Virus record (IMG/VR): IMGVR_UViG_3300036820_000005
Coordinates: 1 to 64,000 of that record
DNA length: 64,000 nucleotides
Direction: 5' to 3' (one strand)
DNA from: a virus
The notes beneath the pieces were generated by a model that searched no databases, was not told the origin of the DNA, and saw only the letters and a program-made list of their open reading frames with translations. Shown piece after piece: positions 1 through 8,788 of the stretch. The first letter of the stretch is position 1; every line of letters begins with the position of its first letter. Position numbers and translations under genes: made by a program.

Positions 1-104
1 CCCAGCCCGAGACCGCCCTCCCGCCCCGGTCGCGAGTCCTCGGAACGTCTAGCCCATCCCGCCCCTCCCGGGCACCAAGTTCGGCTGAGACAAACTTTTG
101 TGTC

Positions 105-201
105 TTGCTGGTTACGACTTGTACATGGAGTCACAGGAAACCAGTCCTGACCAGCGCTGATGGGGCGTTCCTGCCGGGCTCGGGGCACATCCGGGGCACA
201 T
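105..201. mobile_element. Candidate attachment site (element boundary) with arm-type direct repeat
   Basis: Lies just downstream of the integrase stop. Tandem CGGGGCACAT at 181-190 and 192-201. Lower-GC stretch TTACGACTTGTACATGGAGTC (about 112-132) reads ...DSMYKS-stop on the minus strand, like a displaced gene 3' end. The second att copy is not in the window. Confidence 0.5.
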
Positions 202-246
202 GCAGTCGCCGCCGCCCCGCTCCCGCCGCATCGGGTGACGGGCCGG

Positions 247-1509
247 TTACCCGTCGGCGTCGGCCTGGGCGGCTTCCGCCGGGCTCTCGGGGACGGCGAA
301 AAAGGCGTTCATGATGTCGCGGGCCCGGTCGTCGTCATCCGGCATGAAATGCGAGTAGGTCGACAAGACGACCTGCTGGGTGTCGCCCAGGAGCGCGGCG
401 ACTTTCGCGAGGCTCAGCCCGTTCGACAGGAGCCGCGACGCGAACGTGTGGCGGGTCACGTGGTTGCCGTTCTTGCGGCCGCGGTCGGGGATCCCCGCCG
501 CCTTCCACGCCCGCCGCCAGAAGTAGTTGAAGTCGCCCGTCTTCAACGGCAGCCCGGTCCCCGGTGAGAAGATCAGCATCCGCGTTAGCGGCGGGCCATC
601 CGGCCGGGCGGACGGCAACATCACCGCGACTGGCGGGAACAGCCGGACGTGCTCGGAGAGCTGGAGCACCACCAGATCGGCCAGCGGGACGACATGCGGC
701 TTCTTGTTCTTCGGCGGCGAGTAATAGAGCACGCCGCCCGCGAACTTCACCTGCCACCCGATCGCGGCTGTCTTGCGGAACCAGTCGATGTCCTCGACCG
801 CGACCGCGAACAGCTCAGATTGGCGGGCGCCGCACGTTACGGCAAAGTCCGGGTACGCGGCATACCGGGCAGGCAGCTTCTCCGCTACAGCGTCGATCTG
901 GTCGGCGGTCCACGGCACCGCCTCGACCTTCACCGCGGCGGGACGCTGGATCGACCTGGCCGACAGCGGGTTACGCGGGATGAGCCCGTCGTCGACTGCC
1001 GCGCTGAACACCTGGGAGACGTAGCCGATCACTAGGCGGGCGGTGTTCGGGCCGAGCGCGAGACCCTTGATCCACGCCTGCAGGAGCGTCGGCCTTTTCG
1101 CCAGCGACCGGAGCGGGTAGTCGCCGACGCTCGGCCCGCCGCCTTTCGTCCTTCCTGGTGTCCGGTCGGCCGGGTAGGCGTGGAGCCGGAGGTTCGACTC
1201 GATCAGCTCGGCTGTGGCGATGTCGTGCATCCGGGTCCTGCGCCACTCCTCCGCGTAGGCCCTGAACGTGACGTCCCCAGCGGTCGGGTCCACGTACGTC
1301 CCGGCGACGAGCTGCGCCTGGATGGTCTTGTCGGTCCGCTCGGCGTCGGCCTTCCTGGCGAACGCGAGCTTGCGCTGGCGGCCTGTCTCGTCGCGCCACC
1401 GGACCTGCCACCGCTTCGTGCAGCCATAGTCGGCGGTCCGGGCCTGCTTGCCGGTGCGCCCGCCGTCGTCGCCGCGTTCGTCCTTGTACCAGCGGTCGTG
1501 GATAGCCAT
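247..1509 (-). CDS. int: Tyrosine recombinase / phage integrase (about 420 aa)
   Basis: N-terminal arm-binding region (RWQVRWRD..GRQRKLAF.RKADAE). Catalytic motifs GARQSE, PKNKK, HVTRHTFAS, LGD (usually LGH), TYSH. Start moved to ATG 1509, which overlaps the upstream stop as TGATG. Confidence 0.93.
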   Translation of the reverse strand: MAIHDRWYKDERGDDGGRTGKQARTADYGCTKRWQVRWRDETGRQRKLAFARKADAERTDKTIQAQLVAGTYVDPTAGDVTFRAYAEEWRRTRMHDIATAELIESNLRLHAYPADRTPGRTKGGGPSVGDYPLRSLAKRPTLLQAWIKGLALGPNTARLVIGYVSQVFSAAVDDGLIPRNPLSARSIQRPAAVKVEAVPWTADQIDAVAEKLPARYAAYPDFAVTCGARQSELFAVAVEDIDWFRKTAAIGWQVKFAGGVLYYSPPKNKKPHVVPLADLVVLQLSEHVRLFPPVAVMLPSARPDGPPLTRMLIFSPGTGLPLKTGDFNYFWRRAWKAAGIPDRGRKNGNHVTRHTFASRLLSNGLSLAKVAALLGDTQQVVLSTYSHFMPDDDDRARDIMNAFFAVPESPAEAAQADADG

Positions 1510-1799
1510 CAGCAGCCGCCCCGTATATCGGCAGCGGCCCTGGCCAGTACCGCCTCCAGGTCGGCCCACATCGCGCGGACGCGCGCTGCCTCGTCCCTCA
1601 TCAGCCGCGAGCATTCGGCCGCATCCCTGCGGCTCCCGGTGGCCAGCGACCGCCGCTTGCCATAGGCGTCGGTCCATGCCGCCTGCCAGCGGTGGCCGAC
1701 GCCATGGCGGGCCGATGGTGGCTTGCCGTGCTCCGCGCAGGGTTCCTCGCCTGCTGCGAGGGCCGTCTTGTGCCAGCGGTCGTGGTCGTGGATAGCCAT
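1509..1799 (-). CDS. Stand-alone paralog of the integrase N-terminal arm-binding domain (96 aa)
   Basis: MAIHDHDRWHK...RWQAAWTDAYGKRRS aligns with integrase MAIHDRWYK...RWQVRWRDETGRQRK. Translationally coupled to int. Confidence 0.75.
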   Translation of the reverse strand: MAIHDHDRWHKTALAAGEEPCAEHGKPPSARHGVGHRWQAAWTDAYGKRRSLATGSRRDAAECSRLMRDEAARVRAMWADLEAVLARAAADIRGGC

Positions 1800-1838
1800 G
1801 GCGCCCGATTCTACACAGAACGAAGATGATTTCTACAG

Positions 1839-1876
1839 TTCCCGCCAGCCGCGCTAACGGGTGCGGCTGGCGGGAA
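1839..1876. terminator. Inverted repeat, probable terminator separating the transfer operon from the int unit
   Basis: TTCCCGCCAGCCGC-N10-GCGGCTGGCGGGAA, a perfect 14-bp stem. Confidence 0.65.
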
Positions 1877-1948
1877 TGGCGGCGTATCAGGAAGCGGCTA
1901 CGAGGTGCGCGAGCCTGACCTGCTGCTGCAAGCCCCGGTTTCGCTGAT

Positions 1949-2128
1949 CTAGCTGTGCGGATGCGGGCTCTGGCACATGGCCTCAGCCTGCGCCTGGCGG
2001 GTGGCCGCGTAGTCAGGATGCCGGTCGGCGTGTGCCGCGGCCTCCTCCTGGAGCCGGCGGATGCTGTTCTGCCTGCCCTTGGCCTTCGACTCGTCTTTCT
2101 CGGCTTTGCTGCGGAATGCCATGGTCAT
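1949..2128 (-). CDS. Small hypothetical protein (59 aa)
   Basis: ATGA overlap with the upstream ORF stop; purine-rich RBS. Confidence 0.55.
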   Translation of the reverse strand: MTMAFRSKAEKDESKAKGRQNSIRRLQEEAAAHADRHPDYAATRQAQAEAMCQSPHPHS

Positions 2129-2556
2129 TTGTTCCCTTCGGTTGCGATGGCGTCCCTGGCCGTTCCGGGGATCGCTCGGATGACACGGGCGGCCATGTCG
2201 CCGCTGTCTGTGCCGTAGAAGTTGAGGATGTAGGTCGGGGCGATGGCCGGTCGGCTGGCTGCGGGCTCGACCACGACGGCCCGCGCGGCCTCGGGCAGGA
2301 TCACGTCGGCCCGCGACAGGATGCCGTGAGCGGCGGCGAACCTTGCCCCGCGCCGGTCGGCCCACGCCTCGAGCGACATGCTCACCGCGACGGACAGGGC
2401 GAGGCAGACGGCCATCGTGCCGCCGATCCACCACACACGCTCGGCCACCCACTGGACCGTCTCGGCGGCGAGCACCAGGCCGACGACCCCGCCTCCGGTG
2501 ATGGCGAGCGACTGGCCTTCCGTGCACCCGGGGCAGTGCAGGCCGGGGCAGGTCAT
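2125..2556 (-). CDS. Membrane protein with N-terminal CPGLHCPGC motif (spread-like accessory)
   Basis: Two hydrophobic segments; ATGA overlaps at both ends. Confidence 0.6.
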   Translation of the reverse strand: MTCPGLHCPGCTEGQSLAITGGGVVGLVLAAETVQWVAERVWWIGGTMAVCLALSVAVSMSLEAWADRRGARFAAAHGILSRADVILPEAARAVVVEPAASRPAIAPTYILNFYGTDSGDMAARVIRAIPGTARDAIATEGNK

Positions 2557-2813
2557 GACGTCCGCCCCGCAGCAGATGGTATCGATGCGAGCACCCGCAG
2601 GTAGCATCTGCGCGAGGAGCCCCCTGCCTTCAGGCAGTCGCCGCAGAGCAGCACGCCCTCGCGCGCCTCGTCGGCGCGCATGGGGCAAAGGGCGTGCTCG
2701 CCGATGTGCTCGTGGATGCATCCGGCCGTGACGATCTCGGCAGCCGCATTCGGGCACCGCCGGTCCACCCGGGCCGAGCCGCTGTAGGCGATGTAGCCGG
2801 TGCATGCGCTCAC
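2553..2813 (-). CDS. Small Cys/His-rich hypothetical protein
   Basis: Coupled overlaps within the operon; CIHEH and LCGDC motifs. Confidence 0.6.
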   Translation of the reverse strand: MSACTGYIAYSGSARVDRRCPNAAAEIVTAGCIHEHIGEHALCPMRADEAREGVLLCGDCLKAGGSSRRCYLRVLASIPSAAGRTS

Positions 2814-3085
2814 GGACCGTCTCCGATCCGCCTAGCCAGCCTGCGCGCCCACGCCTCCTGGCGTGCCAAGCGCAGCGCGTCGCGGACCCGCGCGACGGGC
2901 GGGGCGCCGAGCCGGAAATGCTCGCCGCGGCGGCGGAAGCCCTGCCGCCAGCTCCCGCACCGCCAGCACCGCTTACGGGTCCGGTCGCACCACCGGCACC
3001 TGCGCATCGCCGACGCGAACAGCAGGAACAGGAAACGGGCCACCGCGAGCAGGGAAAGGAGCGCGGCTAGCCTGAGCCAGATCAC
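2810..3085 (-). CDS. Small membrane-anchored Zn-finger protein of the type seen in actinomycete transfer regions
   Basis: N-terminal hydrophobic helix followed by CRWC...CWRC. Confidence 0.6.
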   Translation of the reverse strand: MIWLRLAALLSLLAVARFLFLLFASAMRRCRWCDRTRKRCWRCGSWRQGFRRRGEHFRLGAPPVARVRDALRLARQEAWARRLARRIGDGP

Positions 3086-3088
3086 CGT

Positions 3089-3724
3089 TCAGCCTCCGTG
3101 GGGTAGCGGGCAGTCGTCGACGCCCTGCCGGTACGCGACGCACGCGCGGCGCGGGCACTCGTCGTCGGTACACATGTCGTAGGGGTGGGCGTTCGGGCTG
3201 GGCGCCCTGCTGGTCCTTGCGGGGGACGGCTTCCGGCCCCGCTGGCTGCGCGGCGTGGCCTTCCTGGTCTCAGCCGCGGCCTTCCACCGTGCCCGCTCAC
3301 GGTCACGTTCGCCCTTGCGGCGGGCACTGCGGGCCGCATTCTCACGGTCCCGGCGGCGTTTGCGCGCGGCGTCTTCCCGGAGTCGGCTGGCCCTGCGGGC
3401 CGCGGCCTCACGCTCCCGGCGGCGTTTGCGCGCGGCCTGAGCGCGGGCCCGCTGCCGGGCTCGTCGCCGTGAGGCCTCCAGCCGGCGCCGCCGCTGGGCG
3501 AAGTCCGTCCGCACCATGCACGTGTGGAACCCGACCGGCGACCGGCGCTGGCCGCACGTCCGGCACCGGACACGCAGCTGCGGCTGGACCCGCGTCCGGC
3601 GACGGGTGACCGTCCGCCGGACGCAGGTGTGGCGGATGCCCCGGGGCTTCCCGCACCCCCCGCAGCGGACGATCTGAACCGTCCAGCGGCGCCCGTTTTG
3701 CCCTGGCTGCACGGTAGCGTCCAA
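3089..3724 (-). CDS. Arg-rich Zn-binding hypothetical protein (start uncertain)
   Basis: CGGCGK..HTC and CRTCGQ..HTC repeats, basic helical region, C-terminal HPYDMC..C..C motif. Confidence 0.55.
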   Translation of the reverse strand: MDATVQPGQNGRRWTVQIVRCGGCGKPRGIRHTCVRRTVTRRRTRVQPQLRVRCRTCGQRRSPVGFHTCMVRTDFAQRRRRLEASRRRARQRARAQAARKRRREREAAARRASRLREDAARKRRRDRENAARSARRKGERDRERARWKAAAETRKATPRSQRGRKPSPARTSRAPSPNAHPYDMCTDDECPRRACVAYRQGVDDCPLPHGG

Positions 3725-3860
3725 TCCTCCGAAGGTAGCGCCGGTGCTACCTCCCCTGACCTGCGGAAACCCGAAACGGCGCTACCAGGCCGGAATGGCG
3801 CTACCGTGCTGACCTGCGCGGTAGCGGGTAGCGCCGACCGCCCCGGATAGCGCCCTGGCT
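3710..3860. repeat. clt-like cluster of short GGTAGCG/CGCTACC repeats downstream of traB
   Basis: GGTAGCG at 3713, 3734, 3819 and 3827; CGCTACC at 3780 and 3799; near-copies at about 3745 and 3846; two CTGACCTGC interspersed. Confidence 0.65.
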
Positions 3861-3884
3861 GGACCCCATGGGGTCGGATCGCGG

Positions 3885-6053
3885 TCACGCGGCAACACCG
3901 GCCTGGCGCTGCGCGGCGGCGGCCACGTCCAGGCGGCGGCAGCCCCACCGGTTGGTGTTGCCGCGCTTCACCTGCACGCGGGGGATGCGGTAGCGGGGGC
4001 CGCGCAGCTCGGCTGAGATTACGTCGCCGGTCACGCCGTCCCACCGCTCCGGGTACCGGCCGGCCAGACGCTCGGCCAGCTCCTCCCACCGCAGCCGGTC
4101 CTCGTCGCCCCAGACCGACAGGACGTCGGCCAGGACGTCGCGGGGTGCCACGCCGAAATCTTCGAAGGCGGCGTCGCCGGTCAGCAGGCCCAGCCGCTCC
4201 CGGAACGCCCACCCGGCGTCGACGATGACCGTGGCGTCCTCGCCGTCAGCCAGGTAGGTGCGGACGGTGGGCGACTCGTCGAACAGGGCGTAGAGGATTC
4301 CGACGCCCTTGTACCGCTTCCCGAGCGGCAGCTTGGAGGCGTCATAGCCTTCGCTGTACGCCTCATTGCCGAGCACCGCGTTGGACACGTCGCGGCTGCC
4401 GCAGCGCAGTGCGAACCGGCCGTCGTGGTTGTCGCGGAACCGGGTGGCCAGGCGGTTCACGTCGCCGGCGCCGACGCCGCTGGGCTTCTGCGTGGACGAC
4501 ACCATGATGACCCCGGCCGATGGGCCGCGGGCCTTGATGTCGGCCAGCTTGGCGGCGATCAGCTTATTGGTGTCCTGGTCGTCCAGTTCGAAGTAGACCT
4601 GCCATTCCTCCATCACGAGGAGCCACACGCGGCAGACCTCGTACTTGCGGGACAGCTCCTCGGTGATCTTGCCGAGCGGGCACTCGGTGATATCGAGGGT
4701 GGCCAGGAACTCGTTCACGTCGTCGATGTGGCGGATGATCTCGTCCAGCATCGCGAGCAGCCGCTCGATCGGGTCGCCCTCCCTGCTGGGGCGGGTGCCC
4801 TGAATGAAGCGGTGGGCGATCCGCTTGAACATCGTCCAGTCGGTCGATGACTTGCCGTCTGCGATCAGGATCTTCACGTACGGGTCGAGCGCGGCCCACA
4901 GCGCGAACAGGCGGGCGCTGAACGTCTTCCCCTTGCGGGGCTGCGCGCCGACCAGGAACGACGTCCACATGAGGCAGAACGCGACCACGCGGCCGAACTG
5001 GTCGAGGCCGAACGGCATGTCGTCCCAGATAGACCGCTGCTTGCAGTCCAGCAGCGGCGTCCGGCCGGCGGGCTCGGCGAGCGGGTCACGGTCGGCGACG
5101 TACAGCTCATGGCACCGTTCGGAATCCTCGTCCTCGCGGAGGTAGACCTGGGACAGCTTGACGTCCAGGCCCGACGCGATCTTGGCGCGGACCTTCACGA
5201 CCTGCTCAAACGTGGTCCCGTACGGCGGGCTGATCGGGATGACGCTACCCTTGTCGAGTTCGTCGCGGTGCATCGGCCGGGGGAACGACAGTTCCTGGCC
5301 TGGCTTGTCCGGGTCGCAGAGCCCGGCGGCCTTGTAGGCGCGGATGATGACGTCGCCGCTGATCGTGCGGATCCGCGGGGCGAGCATCGCCGGGGTGAAC
5401 ATGGCCCGGTCCCTGGGGCGTCCGAACCTGGCGAGCGCTGCCCACGCAGCTAGGCCCAGGAGCGCTTCCATCCAGCCTGGCGCGAAGTTGCCGGCGAGCA
5501 CGGCAGCGATGATCAGCCCGGCGGCCTCGGCGCCGACTGCTGTCCCGCGCCACGACCTGATCTGGCGGACGTGATTGTGGTGCTTGCGGTACTCGGGGCC
5601 GTTCCGGTCGATCGCGGCGGCGTCCAGGATGGGAATCGCGTCAGACACCCACCACCAGCGGCGCTGCCGGTTCACGAACTGGTAGAGGCCGCACAGAGCC
5701 CACCAGCTCCACTCCCACGGGTACTGGAAGATGAGCCGGACGCCCTGGAACGCGACGTGGTAGGCCACGTCCGAGGCGATCTCGCGCACCCTCTTAGCCA
5801 GCTTCTCGGCCGAGTTCAGGTGGACGGGGATGATCGGCCTGCGCTTCTTGGCGGGGCGGGGGAGGGTGATCGGCTTGCCGTCCGGCTCGGCGGGGCCTTT
5901 CGGCAGGTCCTCCAGGTCGACGTCCGGGTCGAGGACGACCTCGTAGGAGGTGTCACGCGCCGTGCTCTGACCTGGCGGGTGGACGATGCCGTCCAGGACC
6001 GGCGAGTCGTCGGTGTCGCTGCTCATGCCCGGCGCCTCGTTCCGCAGGGTCAT
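3885..6053 (-). CDS. traB: FtsK/SpoIIIE-family conjugal DNA translocase (TraB/TraSA-like, about 722 aa)
   Basis: N-terminal transmembrane segments, Walker A GAQPRKGKT, Walker B LLVMEEWQ, STQKP motif, C-terminal wHTH-like region. Confidence 0.88.
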   Translation of the reverse strand: MTLRNEAPGMSSDTDDSPVLDGIVHPPGQSTARDTSYEVVLDPDVDLEDLPKGPAEPDGKPITLPRPAKKRRPIIPVHLNSAEKLAKRVREIASDVAYHVAFQGVRLIFQYPWEWSWWALCGLYQFVNRQRRWWWVSDAIPILDAAAIDRNGPEYRKHHNHVRQIRSWRGTAVGAEAAGLIIAAVLAGNFAPGWMEALLGLAAWAALARFGRPRDRAMFTPAMLAPRIRTISGDVIIRAYKAAGLCDPDKPGQELSFPRPMHRDELDKGSVIPISPPYGTTFEQVVKVRAKIASGLDVKLSQVYLREDEDSERCHELYVADRDPLAEPAGRTPLLDCKQRSIWDDMPFGLDQFGRVVAFCLMWTSFLVGAQPRKGKTFSARLFALWAALDPYVKILIADGKSSTDWTMFKRIAHRFIQGTRPSREGDPIERLLAMLDEIIRHIDDVNEFLATLDITECPLGKITEELSRKYEVCRVWLLVMEEWQVYFELDDQDTNKLIAAKLADIKARGPSAGVIMVSSTQKPSGVGAGDVNRLATRFRDNHDGRFALRCGSRDVSNAVLGNEAYSEGYDASKLPLGKRYKGVGILYALFDESPTVRTYLADGEDATVIVDAGWAFRERLGLLTGDAAFEDFGVAPRDVLADVLSVWGDEDRLRWEELAERLAGRYPERWDGVTGDVISAELRGPRYRIPRVQVKRGNTNRWGCRRLDVAAAAQRQAGVAA

Positions 6054-6268
6054 GCCGTGCTCCTGGAGACCCGGGTGAAGTCGCTGAGTTCCCAGGCCAC
6101 CCAGGCGACGCCGGCGACTATGCCGGTCACGAGGACGGCCACGATCGCCCACGGCACCGAGATGGTGACTGTGACCCCGGCGGTCTGGACGGCCAGGTGA
6201 AGGTGGAGCACGACGGAGAGGAGGGCGGCGAGCACGCCGGCGAGCTGGGCCTTGGTTCGCGTTTTCAC
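6050..6268 (-). CDS. Small two-TM membrane protein (spread-like)
   Basis: Strongly hydrophobic 72 aa; overlaps the traB start. Confidence 0.6.
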   Translation of the reverse strand: MKTRTKAQLAGVLAALLSVVLHLHLAVQTAGVTVTISVPWAIVAVLVTGIVAGVAWVAWELSDFTRVSRSTA

Positions 6269-6332
6269 GGGAGGCTGCCTTTCCGGCCGCGCCCGACCAG
6301 GCGCAGCCATGATGGTCTGAGGGCGGGCGGGA

Positions 6333-7052
6333 TTACGGCTGCGCGCTGCCGGCCTGGTGGCCGTTCAGCGTGGCGCCCGGGCTGCCGTTCGAGGGCGCGG
6401 CAACGGCGGGGGACATGATGGTCCGCACCTGGTGGCGGCTCACGCCGAACCGGTCGGCGAGGGCCTGTTCGCCCGAGGGCTCGCCGAGGCGCTTGAGCTC
6501 TGCGCGGGCCAGCTGGAGCGCGGCGGCAAGCGTGGTGGGCGGCGGCGAGCACGAGCAGGCGACCACCGGTTGCAACGGCTCGCCGCTGACCAGCTTGCGC
6601 TGCATCGCGGTCATCCAGCTGGCGACCCAGCCGACCAGCACGGCGGCCACGCCGACCGACCCCGCAACCGCAGGTCCCAGCCACCAGGCCCGCTCGTCGG
6701 ACGCGAAATTCGCGCCGACCGTCCCCACCATCCCGACCGCGGCAGTAGCGAGCGGTGGAAGCGGGCGGACGAGCCCGTGCTGGCCCGCCCAGTAGAGCGC
6801 GATGCTGGCCACGACGAGCATGCCGTCAACCGCGAACGGGATCAGGTCAGCCACCCACGGCACCTGGCCGTTGCGGGCGGCCAGCTCCACCTCGTGCGCG
6901 TAGCTGATCGCCATGATGATGCCTTCGACTCCGGCGGTGATCCCGACCACCAGCAAGGTGGCCAGGTGCGCGGCCAGCCAGTCCCGGGCGCGGAGGGCGC
7001 TCACCGGGCGGCCTTCTGCCGCACGCCGTGTAGAAACGATAGGGTCGGCCAT
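6333..7052 (-). CDS. DUF2637-like membrane protein with C-terminal HTH (SpdA-like)
   Basis: ISYAHEVELA..G....A.LIPFAVDGM pattern, four TM helices, LADRFGVSR; AGGAGG RBS. Confidence 0.75.
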   Translation of the reverse strand: MADPIVSTRRAAEGRPVSALRARDWLAAHLATLLVVGITAGVEGIIMAISYAHEVELAARNGQVPWVADLIPFAVDGMLVVASIALYWAGQHGLVRPLPPLATAAVGMVGTVGANFASDERAWWLGPAVAGSVGVAAVLVGWVASWMTAMQRKLVSGEPLQPVVACSCSPPPTTLAAALQLARAELKRLGEPSGEQALADRFGVSRHQVRTIMSPAVAAPSNGSPGATLNGHQAGSAQP

Positions 7053-7843
7053 AAGGCCCGCCTCCTGGTAGTGCAGGGGTTGGTCTAGGGGTCCGCCCAG
7101 CGGTTGAGTCGCTTGGGCGGACCCTGCCTTCTACGGTTGAGCATACGCCGGAACTGCCACCAGGCAACAGGGATCTTCTACAAATCCGGGGGGATGTAGA
7201 AAATGACGCGGGCGGGTTCTCCGGCGTGTCGCGGGCTGCCGGAGAACCCGCCCGGCCGCCGCCGGGGCCGGTCGTGGCCGGTTGGCGCAGCATCCGCGGG
7301 CTGAAGGAAAGGCCGCGGGAATGGGGCAGGGCATGCGCCTCGAATGGCGGCCTGGTATAGGCCGGGAAAGCCCTGAGGCGGTACCCCGGTAAAGGAACCC
7401 GGGATACCGCCTCAGGGCTGTAGAGAAACGGCTGACCAGCCTGGTCGTGCAGTAAGTGTTCCTCACCCATCACCGGGAAACCCCCGGTGCTTCTGGACTC
7501 GAGAACCAGCTCGGGCATCTGCGACTGTATTTCGATGGCGGGCGGGGCCAACTGCAGGTTGTTAACGGGATCGCCGCACAGGCAGATAACTTCGCCCGGG
7601 CTGCTGATCGGCTGTGCCTGCCCGGCCCTGGTGAGCATCCATCGTGCGGCGAACAGCCGCTCGTCGTAGCTCAGCCCGGGACTGAACACCATGACGAACC
7701 GGCGCGCATCCAGGCCTGCCTGCGCGGCTCCCAGGTCTCCCACGAGTACCGTGAGGCACACGACCCCCCCTTTACTCCAGAGTGTAGAAAGGCAACGGTG
7801 ACCAACTGTAGAACAAGAGAGGATAAAACGCACCAGAAACGAC

Positions 7844-8293
7844 CTAGCTTCGCGTAACGTCCTGACGACGTGTGCGTTCGGCCAGGTTACGGAGCATTTG
7901 CTCGGCGAATTCGCGGTCTGCCGGGGCCAGCTCCTGGTAGAGGTGGAGCACCTGCAGTTCGTCATCGCCGAGTTCACCGGCCGTCGTCGCCGAATATGCG
8001 CGTCCCGCGGCGCGGAACACCATTCCTTCGGGCAAGTCAAGGTCGGCCGCGAATTGCCGCAGGATCTGGGCGGCGGGCGGTCGCTGCACGTTGCGGGTCC
8101 GCTGCTTCCACGCCCAGAGCGTCGAGTAGGGGATATCGGTTTGCTTCGCAACCTGTGCGAGGCTGCGGTAGCCGCGCTGGTCGATGAGCCAGTCCATCAG
8201 CTCACCCAGGGTGGCGGGTGCGGCGGCCGACTCGGCCTCGGGATTCGCTCCGTCGGGCTGGCGGCGGGGGCCGCCGGGGTCAGTGCGGTTCAT
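7844..8293 (-). CDS. XRE-family HTH repressor (CI-like)
   Basis: SLAQVAKQTDIPYSTLWAW helix-turn-helix; divergent from a small HTH gene. Confidence 0.8.
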   Translation of the reverse strand: MNRTDPGGPRRQPDGANPEAESAAAPATLGELMDWLIDQRGYRSLAQVAKQTDIPYSTLWAWKQRTRNVQRPPAAQILRQFAADLDLPEGMVFRAAGRAYSATTAGELGDDELQVLHLYQELAPADREFAEQMLRNLAERTRRQDVTRS

Positions 8294-8329
8294 GTGGAGA
8301 GGGCCTCCCATGTCAGCGGCGCTGCGGGC

Positions 8330-8461
8330 GGGTTTCTACAACGCCTGGATTTCTACAGAGTAGCGTAGAAATCTCTCGCCTACACCTGTGTCCAACTTGT
8401 CTCAGTTCTACAAATCGACTAGAATGTAGAACAGATAATCAGTTGGAAAAGGAGGCCAGAC
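8330..8461. promoter_or_regulatory. Divergent promoter/operator region of the genetic switch
   Basis: AT-rich. TTCTACA at 8334, 8351 and 8406; (C/T)GTAGAA at 8364 and 8425; TAGAAT -10-like hexamer. Confidence 0.75.
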
Positions 8462-8755
8462 GTGCGGGTAACCGCAAGCCGCCTAGACGGCGGCCAGCCG
8501 CTGCGCGACGCCATGAAAGACGGCGGGTGGAACCGGATCACCCTCGCCGCGCGGACCCGGGAGCAGGAGATCGACCCGGACGAGCGGGGGGTCAGCCAGC
8601 AGCTCATCGCGTTCCTGTCAACAGACCGCGAGTGGGCCAGGGACACCTGCCACCCGCACTCCGCGGCCCTGATCGCCAAGGCCCTCGGCGTGCGGGAGGA
8701 CAAGCTGTTCGCCATGCCCGTTTCAGCCATGCCCGCAGTTTCTACACATAGTTGA
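8462..8755 (+). CDS. Cro-like HTH regulator
   Basis: GVSQQLIAFL...A.LIAKALGV..DKLF; AAGGAGG RBS. Confidence 0.75.
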   Translation: MRVTASRLDGGQPLRDAMKDGGWNRITLAARTREQEIDPDERGVSQQLIAFLSTDREWARDTCHPHSAALIAKALGVREDKLFAMPVSAMPAVSTHS

Positions 8756-8788
8756 ATTTATCTCTCCGTTACGTAGAAAAGTCAAGAG

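Noticed and set aside
110-121. AAGTCGTAAC on the minus strand, resembling the 16S rRNA 3' region
   Set aside because: Only a 10-nt match with no flanking rRNA similarity.
6847-8151. 434-aa minus-strand ORF (possible internal start at 7761 with an RBS)
   Set aside because: Overlaps both the repressor and the DUF2637 gene and has no recognisable motif. A shorter real gene from 7761 is possible but unsupported.
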